The notes under the pieces are model-generated. The model searched no databases. It was not told the origin of the DNA and saw only the letters and a program-made list of their open reading frames with translations. This document shows positions 1-15,359 of a DNA stretch of 64,000 nt, one piece after another. Made by a program: the position numbers and the translations under genes. The DNA is from Eledone cirrhosa (lineage: Eukaryota). The stretch covers positions 36,022,001 through 36,086,000 of the forward strand of contig OZ024748.1 in NCBI GenBank assembly GCA_964016885.1, read 5' to 3'. How positions within the stretch are numbered: the stretch's first letter is position 1; each line of letters starts with the position of its first letter.

Positions 1-3000
1 GTTACTAATACATTATACTATAAAGGAGTACTAAAGTTAGTTACTAATACATTATACTATAAAGGAGTACTAAAGTTAGTTACTAATACACTATACTATA
101 AAGGAGTACTAAAGTTAGTTACTGATACATTATACTACAAAGGAGTACTAAAGTTAGTTACTAATACATTATACTATAAAGGAGTACTAAAGTTAGTTAC
201 TAATACATTACACAATAAAGGAGTACTAAAGTTAGTTACTAATACATTATACTATAAATGAGTAAAGTTAGTTACTAATACATTATACTATAAAGGAGTA
301 CTAAAGTTAGTTACTAATACGTTATACTATAAAGGAGTAATAAAGTTAGTTACTAATACATTATACTATAAAGGAGTACTAAAGTTAGTTACTGATACAT
401 TATACTACAAAGGAGTACTAAAGTTATTTACTAATACATTATACTATAAGGAAGTATTAACGTTAGTTAGTAATACATTATACTCTAAAAGAGTACTAAA
501 GTTGGTTACTAATACATTATAAAGGAGTAAAGTTACTTACTAATACATTACACTATATAGGAATACTAAAGTTAGTTATTAATACATTACACTATAAAGG
601 AGTACTAAACTTAGTTACTAATACATTACAGTATTAAGGAGTATTCAAGTTATTTACTAATACATTATATTATAAAGGAGTAATAAAGTTAGTTACTAAT
701 ACATTACACTACAAAGGAGTACTAAAGTTAGTTACTAATACATTATACTATAAAGGAGTAAAGTTAGTTACTAATACATTATACTATAAAGGAGTACTAA
801 AGTTAGTTACTAACACATTATACTATAAAGGAGTACTAAAGTTAGTTACTAATACATTACACAATAAAGGAGTACTAACGTTAGTTACTGATATATTACA
901 CAATAAAGGAGTTCTAAAGTTAGTTACTAATACATTATACTATAAAGGAGTACTAAAGTTAGTTACTGATACATTATACTATAAAGGAGTACTAAAGTTA
1001 GTTACTAATACATTATACTATAAAGGAGTACTAAAGTTATTTACTAATATTATTATACTATAAAGGAGTACTAAAGTTAGTTACTGATACATTATACTAT
1101 AAAGGAGTACTAAAGTTAGTTACTAACACATTATTCTATGAAAAAGTACTTAAGTTAGTTACTAATACATTATACTATAAAGGAGTAAAGTTAGTTACTA
1201 ATACAATACACTCTAAAGGAGTAAAGTTAGTTACTAATACATTACAGTATAAAGGAGTACTTAAGTTAGTTACTAATACATTAAACTATGAAAAATTAAA
1301 TTTAGTTACTAATACATTACACTATAAAGGAGTACTAAAGTTAGTTACTAATACATTATACTATAAATGAGTACTAAAGTTAGTTACTAATACATTATAC
1401 TATAAAGGAGTACTAAAGTTAGTTACTAATATTATTATACTATAAAGGAGTACTAAAGTCAGTTACTAATACATTATACTATAAAGGAGTAAAGTTAGTT
1501 ACTAATACATTATACTATAAAGGAGTACTAAAGTTAGTTACTAATACATTATACTATAAAGGAGTACTAAAGTTAGTTACTAATACATTATACTATAAAG
1601 GAGTACTAAAGTTAGTTACTGATACATTATACTACAAAGGAGTACTAAAGTTAGTTACTAATACATTATACTATAAAGGAGTACTAAAGTTAGTTACTAA
1701 TACATTACACAATAAAGGAGTACTAAAGTTAGTTACTAATACATTATACTATAAAGGAGTAAAGTTTGTTACTAATACATTATACTATAAAGGAGTACTA
1801 AAGTTAGTTACTAATACATTATACTATAAAGGTGTACTAAAGTTAGTGTCTAATACATTACACAATAAAGGAGTACTAAAGTTAGTTACTAATACATTAT
1901 ACTATAAAGGAGTAAAGTTAGTTACTAATACATTATACTATAAAGGAGTACTAAAGTTAGTTACTAATACATTATACTATAAAGGAGTACTAAAGTTAGT
2001 TACTAATACATTATACTATAAAGGAGTACTAAAGTTAGTTACTAATACATTACACAATAAAGGAGTACTAATGTTAGTTACTGATATATTACACAATAAA
2101 GGAGTTCTAAAGTTAGTTACTAATACATTATACTATAAAGGAGTACTAAAGTTAGTTACTGATACATTATACTATAAAGGAGTACTAAAGTTAGTTACTA
2201 ATACATTATACTATAAAGGAGTACTAAAGTTAGTTACTAATATTATTATACTATAAAGGAGTACTAAAGTTAGTTACTGATACATTATACTATAAAGGAG
2301 TACTAAAGTTAGTTACTAATACATTATTCTATAAAGGAGTAAAGTTAGTTACTAATACAATACACTCTAAAGGAGTAAAGTTCGTTACTAATACATTACA
2401 CTATAAAGGAGTACTTAAGTTAGTTACTAATACATTAAACTATAAAAAGTTAAATTTAGTTACTAATACATTACACTATAAAGGAGTACTAAAGTTAGTT
2501 ACTAATACATTATACTATAAATGAGTACTAAAGTTAGTTACTAATACATTATACTATAAAGGAGTAAAGTTAGTTACTAATACATTAAACTATAAAAAAT
2601 TAAATTTAGTTACTAATACATTACACTATAAAGGAGTACTAAAGTTAGTTACTAATATTATTATACTATAAAGGAGTACTAAAGTCAGTTACTAATACAT
2701 TATACTATAAAGGAATAAAGTTAGTTACTAATACATTATACTATAAAGGAGTACTAAAGTTAGTTACTAATACATTATACTATAAAGGAGTACTAAGTTA
2801 GTTACTAATACACTATACTATAAAGGAGTACTAAAGTTAGTTACTGATACATTATACTACAAAGGAGTACTAAAGTTAGTTACTAATACATTATACTATA
2901 AAGGAGTACTAAAGTTAGTTACTAATACATTACACAATAAAGGAGTACTAAAGTTAGTTACTAATACATTATACTATAAATGAGTAAAGTTAGTTACTAA

Positions 3001-6000
3001 TACATTATACTATAAAGGAGTACTAAAGTTAGTTACTAATACGTTATACTATAAAGGAGTAATAAAGTTAGTTACTAATACATTATACTATAAAGGAGTA
3101 CTAAAGTTAGTTACTGATACATTATACTACAAAGGAGTACTAAAGTTATTTACTAATACATTATACTATAAGGAAGTATTAACGTTAGTTAGTAATACAT
3201 TATACTCTAAAAGAGTACTAAAGTTGGTTACTAATACATTATAAAGGAGTAAAGTTACTTACTAATACATTACACTATATAGGAATACTAAAGTTAGTTA
3301 TTAATACATTACACTATAAAGGAGTACTAAACTTAGTTACTAATACATTACAGTATTAAGGAGTATTCAAGTTATTTACTAATACATTATACTATAAAGG
3401 AGTAATAAAGTTAGTTACTAATACATTACACTACAAAGGAGTACTAAAGTTAGTTACTAATACATTATACTATAAAGGAGTAAAGTTAGTTACTAATACA
3501 TTATACTATAAAGGAGTACTAAAGTTAGTTACTAACACATTATACTATAAAGGAGTACTAAAGTTAGTTACTAATACATTACACAATAAAGGAGTACTAA
3601 AGTTAGTTACTGATATATTACACAATAAAGGAGTTCTAAAGTTAGTTACTAATACATTATACTATAAAGGAGTACTAAAGTTAGTTACTGATACATTATA
3701 CTATAAAGGAGTACTAAAGTTAGTTACTAATACATTATACTATAAAGGAGTACTAAAGTTAGTTACTAATATTATTATACTATAAAGGAGTACTAAAGTT
3801 AGTTACTGATACATTATACTATAAAGGAGTACTAAAGTTAGTTACTAACACATTATTCTATGAAAAAGTACTTAAGTTAGTTACTAATACATTATACTAT
3901 AAAGGAGTAAAGTTAGTTACTAATACAATACACTCTAAAGGAGTAAAGTTAGTTACTAATACATTACAGTATAAAGGAGTACTTAAGTTAGTTACTAATA
4001 CATTAAACTATGAAAAATTAAATTTAGTTACTAATACATTACACTATAAAGGAGTACTAAAGTTAGTTACTAATACATTATACTATAAATGAGTACTAAA
4101 GTTAGTTACTAATACATTATACTATAAAGGAGTACTAAAGTTAGTTACTAATATTATTATACTATAAAGGAGTACTAAAGTCAGTTACTAATACATTATA
4201 CTATAAAGGAGTAAAGTTAGTTACTAATACATTATACTATAAAGGAGTACTAAAGTTAGTTACTAATACATTATACTATAAAGGAGTACTAAAGTTAATT
4301 ACTAATACATTATACTATAAAGGAGTACTAAAGTTAGTTACTGATACATTATACTACAAAGGAGTACTAAAGTTAGTTACTAATACATTATACTATAAAG
4401 GAGTACTAAAGTTAGTTACTAATACATTACACAATGAAGGAGTACTAAAGTTAGTTACTAATACATTATACTATAAAGGAGTAAAGTTTGTTACTAATAC
4501 ATTATACTATAAAGGAGTACTAAAGTTAGTTACTAATACATTATACTATAAAGGTGTACTAAAGTTAGTGTCTAATACATTACACAATAAAGGAGTACTA
4601 AAGTTAGTTACTAATACATTACACAATAAAGGAGTACTAATGTTAGTTACTGATATATTACACAATAAAGGAGTTCTAAAGTTAGTTACTAATACATTAT
4701 ACTATAAAGGAGTACTAAAGTTAGTTACTAACACATTATACTATAAAGGAGTACTAAAGTTAGTTACTAATACATTACACAATAAAGGAGTACTAAAGTT
4801 AGTTACTGATATATTACACAATAAAGGAGTTCTAAAGTTAGTTACTAATACATTATACTATAAAGGAGTACTAAAGTTAGTTACTGATACATTATACTAT
4901 AAAGGAGTACTAAAGTTAGTTACTAATACATTATACTATAAAGGAGTACTAAAGTTAGTTACTAATATTATTATACTATAAAGGAGTACTAAAGTTAGTT
5001 ACTGATACATTATACTATAAAGGAGTACTAAAGTTAGTTACTAACACATTATTCTATGAAAAAGTACTTAAGTTAGTTACTAATACATTATACTATAAAG
5101 GAGTAAAGTTAGTTACTAATACAATACACTCTAAAGGAGTAAAGTTAGTTACTAATACATTACAGTATAAAGGAGTACTTAAGTTAGTTACTAATACATT
5201 AAACTATGAAAAATTAAATTTAGTTACTAATACATTACACTATAAAGGAGTACTAAAGTTAGTTACTAATACATTATACTATAAATGAGTACTAAAGTTA
5301 GTTACTAATACATTATACTATAAAGGAGTACTAAAGTTAGTTACTAATATTATTATACTATAAAGGAGTACTAAAGTCAGTTACTAATACATTATACTAT
5401 AAAGGAGTAAAGTTAGTTACTAATACATTATACTATAAAGGAGTACTAAAGTTAGTTACTAATACATTATACTATAAAGGAGTACTAAAGTTAGTTACTA
5501 ATATATTATACTATAAAGGAGTACTAAAGTTAGTTACTGATACATTATACTACAAAGGAGTACTAAAGTTAGTTACTAATACATTATACTATAAAGGAGT
5601 ACTAAAGTTAGTTACTAATACATTACACAATAAAGGAGTACTAAAGTTAGTTACTAATACATTATACTATAAAGGAGTAAAGTTTCTTACTAATACATTA
5701 TACTATAAAGGAGTACTAAAGTTAGTTACTAATACATTATACTATAAAGGTGTACTAAAGTTAGTGTCTAATACATTACACAATAAAGGAGTACTAAAGT
5801 TAGTTACTAATACATTATACTATAAAGGAGTAAAGTTAGTTACTAATACATTATACTATAAAGGAGTACTAAAGTTAGTTACTAATACATTATACTATAA
5901 AGGAGTACTAAAGTTAGTTACTAATACATTATACTATAAAGGAGTACTAAAGTTAGTTACTAATACATTACACAATAAAGGAGTACTAATGTTAGTTACT

Positions 6001-9000
6001 GATATATTACACAATAAAGGAGTTCTAAAGTTAGTTACTAATACATTATACTATAAAGGAGTACTAAAGTTAGTTACTGATACATTATACTATAAAGGAG
6101 TACTAAAGTTAGTTACTAATACATTATACTATAAAGGAGTACTAAAGTTAGTTACTAATATTATTATACTATAAAGGAGTACTAAAGTTAGTTACTGATA
6201 CATTATACTATAAAGGAGTACTAAAGTTAGTTACTAATACATTATTCTATAAAGGAGTAAAGTTAGTTACTAATACAATACACTCTAAAGGAGTAAAGTT
6301 CGTTACTAATACATTACACTATAAAGGAGTACTTAAGTTAGTTACTAATACATTAAACTATAAAAAGTTAAATTTAGTTACTAATACATTACACTATAAA
6401 GGAGTACTAAAGTTAGTTACTAATACATTATACTATAAATGAGTACTAAAGTTAGTTACTAATACATTATACTATAAAGGAGTAAAGTTAGTTACTAATA
6501 CATTAAACTATAAAAAATTAAATTTAGTTACTAATACATTACACTATAAAGGAGTACTAAAGTTAGTTACTAATATTATTATACTATAAAGGAGTACTAA
6601 AGTCAGTTACTAATACATTATACTATAAAGGAATAAAGTTAGTTACTAATACATTATACTATAAAGGAGTACTAAAGTTAGTTACTAATACATTATACTA
6701 TAAAGGAGTACTAAAGTTAGTTACTAATACACTATACTATAAAGGAGTACTAAAGTTAGTTACTGATACATTATACTACAAAGGAGTACTAAAGTTAGTT
6801 ACTAATACATTATACTATAAAGGAGTACTAAAGTTAGTTACTAATACATTACACAATAAAGGAGTACTAAAGTTAGTTACTAATACATTATACTATAAAT
6901 GAGTAAAGTTAGTTACTAATACATTATACTATAAAGGAGTACTAAAGTTAGTTACTAATACGTTATACTATAAAGGAGTAATAAAGTTAGTTACTAATAC
7001 ATTATACTATAAAGGAGTACTAAAGTTAGTTACTGATACATTATACTACAAAGGAGTACTAAAGTTATTTACTAATACATTATACTATAAGGAAGTATTA
7101 ACGTTAGTTAGTAATACATTATACTCTAAAAGAGTACTAAAGTTGGTTACTAATACATTATAAAGGTGTAAAGTTACTTACTAATACATTACACTATATA
7201 GGAATACTAAAGTTAGTTATTAATACATTACACTATAAAGGAGTACTAAACTTAGTTACTAATACATTACAGTATTAAGGAGTATTCAAGTTATTTACTA
7301 ATACATTATACTATAAAGGAGTAATAAAGTTAGTTACTAATACATTACACTACAAAGGAGTACTAAAGTTAGTTACTAATACATTATACTATAAAGGAGT
7401 AAAGTTAGTTACTAATACATTATACTATAAAGGAGTACTAAAGTTAGTTACTAACACATTATACTATAAAGGAGTACTAAAGTTAGTTACTAATACATTA
7501 CACAATAAAGGAGTACTAAAGTTAGTTACTGATATATTACACAATAAAGGAGTTCTAAAGTTAGTTACTAATACATTATACTATAAAGGAGTACTAAAGT
7601 TAGTTACTGATACATTATACTATAAAGGAGTACTAAAGTTAGTTACTAATACATTATACTATAAAGGAGTACTAAAGTTAGTTACTAATATTATTATACT
7701 ATAAAGGAGTACTAAAGTTAGTTACTGATACATTATACTATAAAGGAGTACTAAAGTTAGTTACTAACACATTATTCTATGAAAAAGTACTTAAGTTAGT
7801 TACTAATACATTATACTATAAAGGAGTAAAGTTAGTTACTAATACAATACACTCTAAAGGAGTAAAGTTAGTTACTAATACATTACAGTATAAAGGAGTA
7901 CTTAAGTTAGTTACTAATACATTAAACTATGAAAAATTAAATTTAGTTACTAATACATTACACTATAAAGGAGTACTAAAGTTAGTTACTAATACATTAT
8001 ACTATAAATGAGTACTAAAGTTAGTTACTAATACATTATACTATAAAGGAGTACTAAAGTTAGTTACTAATATTATTATACTATAAAGGAGTACTAAAGT
8101 CAGTTACTAATACATTATACTATAAAGGAGTAAAGTTAGTTACTAATACATTATACTATAAAGGAGTACTAAAGTTAGTTACTAATACATTATACTATAA
8201 AGGAGTACTAAAGTTAGTTACTAATACATTATACTATAAAGGAGTACTAAAGTTAGTTACTGATACATTATACTACAAAGGAGTACTAAAGTTAGTTAGT
8301 AATACATTATACTATAAAGGAGTACTAAAGTTAGTTACTAATACATTACACAATAAAGGAGTACTAAAGTTAGTTACTAATACATTATACTATAAAGGAG
8401 TAAAGTTTGTTACTAATACATTATACTATAAAGGAGTACTAAAGTTAGTTACTAATACATTATACTATAAAGGTGTACTAAAGTTAGTGTCTAATACATT
8501 ACACAATAAAGGAGTACTAAAGTTAGTTACTAATACATTATACTATAAAGGAGTAAAGTTAGTTACTAATACATTATACTATAAAGGAGTACTAAAGTTA
8601 GTTACTAATACATTATACTATAAAGGAGTACTAAAGTTAGTTACTAATACATTATACTATAAAGGAGTACTAAAGTTAGTTACTAATACATTACACAATA
8701 AAGGAGTACTAATGTTAGTTACTGATATATTACACAATAAAGGAGTTCTAAAGTTAGTTACTAATACATTATACTATAAAGGAGTACTAAAGTTAGTTAC
8801 TGATACATTATACTATAAAGGAGTACTAAAGTTAGTTACTAATACATTATACTATAAAGGAGTACTAAAGTTAGTTACTAATATTATTATACTATAAAGG
8901 AGTACTAAAGTTAGTTACTGATACATTATACTATAAAGGAGTACTAAAGTTAGTTACTAATACATTATTCTATAAAAAAGTACTTAAGTTAGTTACTAAT

Positions 9001-9700
9001 ACATTATACTATAAAGGAGTAAAGTTAGTTACTAATACAATACACTCTAAAGGAGTAAAGTTCGTTACTAATACATTACACTATAAAGGAGTACTTAAGT
9101 TAGTTACTAATACATTAAACTATAAAAAGTTAAATTTAGTTACTAATACATTACACTATAAAGGAGTACTAAAGTTAGTTACTAATACATTATACTATAA
9201 ATGAGTACTAAAGTTAGTTACTAATACATTATACTATAAAGGAGTAAAGTTAGTTACTAATACATTAAACTATAAAAAATTAAATTTAGTTACTAATACA
9301 TTACACTATAAAGGAGTACTAAAGTTAGTTACTAATACGTTATACTATAAATGAGTACTAAAGTTAGTTACTAATATTATTATACTATAAAGGAGTACTA
9401 AAGTCAGTTACTAATACATTATACTATAAAGGAATAAAGTTAGTTACTAATACATTATACTATAAAGGAGTACTAAAGTTAGTTACTAATACATTATACT
9501 ATAAAGGAGTACTAAAGTTAGTTACTAATACACTATACTATAAAGGAGTACTAAAGTTAGTTACTGATACATTATACTACAAAGGAGTACTAAAGTTAGT
9601 TACTAATACATTATACTATAAAGGAGTACTAAAGTTAGTTACTAATACATTACACAATAAAGGAGTACTAAAGTTAGTTACTAATACATAATTCTATAAA
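1..9700. repeat. Higher-order repeat of ~2722 bp with an extra ~1196-bp partial unit
   Basis: Marker GAAGTATTAACG at 451, 3173 and 7092 (spacings 2722, 3919). Marker GTGTCTAATAC at 1846, 4568, 5764 and 8487 (spacings 2722, 1196, 2723). Confidence 0.85.
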
Positions 9701-12700
9701 GGAATAAAGTTAGTTACTAATACATTACACTATAAAGGAGTAATAATGTTACTTAATAATACATTACACTATAAAGGAGTACTAAAATTAGTTACTAATA
9801 CATTATAATATAAAGGAGTACTAAAGCTAGTTACTAATACATTATACTATAAAGGAGTAATAAAGTTAGTTACTTATACATTACACTATAAAGGAGTACT
9901 AAAGTTAGTTACTAATACATTATACTATAAAGGAGTAATAAGGTTAGTTACTAATACATTACACTATAATGGAGTACTAAAGTTAGTTACTGATACATTA
10001 TACTATAAAGGAGTACTAAAGTTAGTAACTAATACATTATACTATAAAGGAGTAAGAAAGTTATTTACTAATACATTACACTATAAAGGAGTAGTAAAGT
10101 TTGTTACTGATACATTATACTATAAAGGAGTAAAGTTCGTTACTAATACATTACACTATAAGGTAGTATTAAAGTTAGTTAGTAATACATTATACTCTAA
10201 AGGAGTACTAAATTTAGTTACTAATCCATTATAAAGGAGTAAAGTTACTTACTAATACGTTACACTATATAGGAATACTAAAGTTAGTTACTAATACATT
10301 ACACTATAAAGGAGTACTAAACTTAGTTACTAATACATTACAGTATAAAGGAGTATTAAAGTTAGTTACTAATACATTATGCTATAAAGGAGTAATAAAG
10401 TTAGTTACTAATACATGACACTATAAAGGAATACTAAAGTTAGTTACTGATACATTAAACTATAAAGGAGTACTAAAGTTAGTTACTGATACATTACACA
10501 ATAAAGGAGTACTAAGTTAGTTACTAATACGTTATACTATAAAGGAGTACTAGAGTTAGTTACTGATACATTACACTATAAAGGAGTACTTAAGTTAGTT
10601 ACTAATATATTACACTATAAATGAGTACTAAAGTGGGTTACTAATACATTATACTATAAAGGAGTAAAGTTAGTTACTAATACATTACACTATAAAATAG
10701 TATTAAAGTTAGTTACTAATACATTATACTATAAAGGAGTAATAAATTTAGTTACTAATACATGATACTATAAAGGAGTAAAGTTAGTTACTAATACATT
10801 ACACTATAAGGTAGTTTTAAAGTTAGTTAGTAATACATTATACACTAAAGGAGTACTAAAGTTGGTTACTAATACATTATAAAGGAGTAAAGTTAGTTAA
10901 TAATACATTACACTATAAAGGAGTAAAAATGTTACTTAATAATACATTACACGATAAAGGAGTACTAACGTTAGTTACTAATACATTATAGTATAAAGTA
11001 GTACTAAAGCTAGTTACTAATACATTATACTATAAAGGAGTAATAAAGTTAGTTACTGATACATTACACTATAAATGAGTACTAAATTTAGTTACTAATA
11101 CATTATACTATAAAGGAGTAATAAGGTTAGTTACTAATACATTACACTATAATGGAGTACTAAAGTTAGTTACTGATACGTTATACTATAAAGGTGTACT
11201 AAAGTTAGTTACTAATATATTATACTATAAAGGAGTAATAAAGTTAGTTACTAATACATTACACTATAAAGGAGTACTAAAGTTAGTTACTAATGCATTA
11301 TACTATAAAGGAGTACTAAAGTTAGTTACTAATGCATTATACTATAAAGGAGTACTAAAGTTAGTTACTAATACATTATACTATAAAGGAGTACTAAAGT
11401 TAGTTACTAATACATTATACTATAAAGGAGTACTAAAGTTAGTTACTAATACATTACACAATAAAGGAGTACTAAAGTTAGTTACTAATACATTATACTA
11501 TAAAGGAGTAAAGTTAGTTACTAATACATTATACTATAAAGGAGTACTAAAGTTAGTTACTAACACATTATACTATAAAGGAGTACTAAAGTTAGTTACT
11601 AATACATTACACAATAAAGGAGTACTAAAGTTAGTTACTGATATATTACACAATAAAGGAGTTCTAAAGTTAGTTACTAATACATTATACTATAAAGGAG
11701 TACTAAAGTTAGTTACTGATACATTATACTATAAAGGAGTACTAAAGTTAGTTACTAACACATTATTCTATAAAAAAGTACTTAAGTTAGTTACTAATAC
11801 ATTATACTATAAAGGAGTAAAGTTAGTTACTAATACAATACACTCTAAAGGAGTAAAGTTAGTTACTAATACATTACAGTATAAAGGAGTACTTAAGTTA
11901 GTTACTAATACATTAAACTATGAAAAATTAAATTTAGTTACTAATACATTACACTATAAAGGAGTACTAAAGTTAGTTACTAATACATTATACTATAAAT
12001 GAGTACTAAAGTTAGTTACTAATACATTATACTATAAAGGAGTACTAAAGTTAGTTACTAATATTATTATACTATAAAGGAGTACTAAAGTCAGTTACTA
12101 ATACATTATACTATAAAGGAGTAAAGTTAGTTACTAATACATTATACTATAAAGGAGTACTAAAGTTAGTTACTAATACATTATACTATAAAGGAGTACT
12201 AAAGTTAGTTACTAATACATTATACTATAAAGGAGTACTAAAGTTAGTTACTGATACATTATACTACAAAGGAGTACTAAAGTTAGTTACTAATACATTA
12301 TACTATAAAGGAGTACTAAAGTTAGTTACTAATACATTACACGATAAAGGAGTACTAAAGTTAGTTACTAATACATTATACTATAAAGGAGTAAAGTTTG
12401 TTACTAATACATTATACTATAAAGGAGTACTAAAGTTAGTTACTAATACGTTATACTATAAAGGAGTAATAAAGTTAGTTACTAATACATTATACTATAA
12501 AGGAGTACTAAAGTTAGTTACTGATACATTATACTACAAAGGAGTACTAAAGTTATTTACTAATACATTATACTATAAGGAAGTATTAAAGTTAGTTAGT
12601 AATACATTATACTCTAAAAGAGTACTAAAGTTGGTTACTAATACGTTATAAAGGAGTAAGGTTACTTACTAATACATTACACTATATAGGAATACTAAAG

Positions 12701-14790
12701 TTAGTTATTAATACATTACACTATAAAGGAGTACTAAACTTAGTTACTAATACATTACAGTATTAAGGAGTATTCAAGTTATTTACTAATACATTATACT
12801 ATAAAGGAGTAATAAAGTTAGTTACTAATACATTACACTACAAAGGAGTACTAAAGTTAGTTACTAATACATAATTCTATAAAGGAGTAAAGTTAGTTAC
12901 TAATACATTACACTATAAAGGAGTAATAATGTTACTTAATAATACATTACACTATAAAGGAGTACTAAAGTTAGTTACTAATACATTATACTATAAAGGA
13001 GTAAGAAAGTTAGTTACTAATACATTACACTATAATGGAGTAATAATGTTATTTAATAATACATTACACTATAAAGGAGTACTAAATTTAGTTACTAATA
13101 CATAATTCTATAAAGGAGTAAAGTTAGTTACTAATACATTACACTATAAAGGAGTAATAAAGTTAGTTACTTATACATTACACTATAAAGGAGTACTAAA
13201 GTTAGTTACTAATACTTTATACTATAAAGGAGTAATAAGGTTAGTTACTAATACATTACACTATAATGGACTACTAAAGTTAGTTACTGATACATTATTC
13301 TATAAAGGAGTACTAAAGTTAGTAACTAATACATTATACTATAAAGGATTAAGAAAGTTAGTTACTGATACATTACACTATAAAGGAGTAGTAAAGTTAG
13401 TTACTGATACATTATACTATAAAGGAGTAAAGTTCGTTACTAATACATTACACTATAAGGTAGTATTAAAGTTAGTTAGTAATACATTATACTCTAAAGG
13501 AGTACTAAATTTGCTTACTAATCCATTATAAAGGAGTACTAAGTTAGTTACTAATACATTATACTATAAAGAAGTACTAGAGTTAGTTACTGATACATTA
13601 CACTATAAAGGAGTACTTAAGTTAGTTACTAATACATTACACTATAAAGGAGTACTAAAGTGAGTTACTAATACATTATACCATAAAGGAGTAAAGTTAG
13701 TTACTAATACATTACACTATAAAGAAGTATTAAAGTTAGTTACTAATACATTACACTATAAGATAGTATTAAAGTTAGTTAGTAATACATTATACACTAA
13801 AGGAGTACTAAAGTTGGTTACTAATACATTATAAAGCAGAAAAGTCAGTTACTAATACATAATTCTATAAAGGAGTAAAGTTAGTTAATAATACATTACA
13901 CTATAAAGGAGTACTAAAGTTAGTTACTAATACATTATAATATAAAGGAGTACTAAAGCTAGTTACTAATACATTATACTATAAAGGAGTAATAAAGTTA
14001 GTTACTGATACATTACACTATAAATGAGTACTAAATTTAGTTACTAATACATTACAGTATAATGGAGTACTAAGGTTAGTTACTAATACATGACACTATA
14101 AAAGAGTACTAAAGTTAGTTACTAATACGTTATATTATAAAGGAGTAATAAAGTTAGTTACTAATACATTACACTATAAAGGAGTACTAAAGATAGTTAC
14201 TGATACATTATACTATAAAGGAGTACTAAAGTTAGTTACTAATACATTACACTATAAAGGAGTAAAGTTAGTTAATAATACATTACACTCTAAAGGAGTA
14301 TAAAGTTAGTTACTAATACATTACACTATAAAGGAATACTAAAGTCAGTTACTAATACATTACATTATAAAGGAGTGCTAAAGTTAGTTACCAATACATT
14401 ATACTATAAAGGAGTACTAAAGTTAGTTACTAATACATTATACTATAAAGGAGTACTAAAGTTAGTTACTAATACATTATACTATAAACGAGAACAGTTA
14501 GTTACTAATACATTATACTATAAAGGAGTACTAAAATTAGTTACTAATACATTATACTATAAAGGAGTAATAAAGTTAGTTACTAATACATTACACAATA
14601 AAGGAGTACTAAAGTTAGTTACTAATACATTATACTATAAATGAGTAAAGTTAGTTACTAATATATTATACTATAAAGGAGTACTAAAGTCAGTTACTAA
14701 TACATTATACTATAAAGGAGTACTAAAGTTAGTTACTAATACATTATACTATAAAGGAGTACTTAAATTAGTTACTAATACATTATACTA
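1..14790. repeat. 39-mer-dominated satellite domain (part of it recurs at ~17353-20415 inside the 5625-bp duplicate)
   Basis: Most monomers end …GGAGTACTAAA and carry TTATAC. Substitutions are few, especially in 1-9700. Judged by eye; the boundary is approximate. Confidence 0.8.
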
Positions 14791-14914
14791 TAAAGGAGTA
14801 AAGTTAGTTACTAATACATTACACTATAAAGGAGTAAAGTTAGTTACAAATACATTACACTATAAAGTAGTAAAGTTAGTTACTATTACAATCTATATAT
14901 ATAAAACTGTGGTT

Positions 14915-14926
14915 GTCTGTCTGTCT
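14915..14926 (+). repeat. (GTCT)3 microsatellite near the Helitron 5' end (present in all three copies)
   Basis: GTCTGTCTGTCT begins 23 bp into the element. (GTCY)n tracts near the 5' end are known from invertebrate non-autonomous rolling-circle elements such as Lep1 and DINE-1. Confidence 0.8.
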
Positions 14927-15359
14927 ATCGATTTTTGGCACACATCTCCTCTTAGAATCTCTCACGGAATTGCACCGAAATTGCTATAATTGTACATTGA
15001 GCCCTAGCGAAGACATCGGAAAAAGAAAATTTCAAATTGACCCACCCTATGTGACGAAAACGAATATAATATATCGATTTTTGAGCGTAAGTTATCAGTT
15101 ATTTCCCTTTGTTCTGTTTACATTGAGCGTCTTACGTAAAAAATTACGCTGGCTTTCTCAGCGTTTAAAATGACATTAACACGATACACGAACAGTTGTC
15201 GTCGAGCCAGCAAAATATTGACCTGCAAAATTCATCAGTTCGAACACTAAACTTCCGTTTTGCTTCATTTCCATTTAAAAGCATTTTAAAACAATATTTT
15301 TACTTGAAAACAAGTCTATTTAAAGACTACGTAAAACAAGCAAATATTTCGTCGTTAGG

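Noticed and set aside
14-30. TATA-box-like CTATAAAG, Shine-Dalgarno-like AAGGAG and -10-like TATACT in each monomer
   Set aside because: These short AT-rich motifs are repeated only because the monomer is. There is no downstream gene and no evidence of transcription from sequence alone.
36-46. TTAGT resembling the arthropod telomeric repeat TTAGG
   Set aside because: One mismatched pentamer per monomer and no (TTAGG)n tracts.
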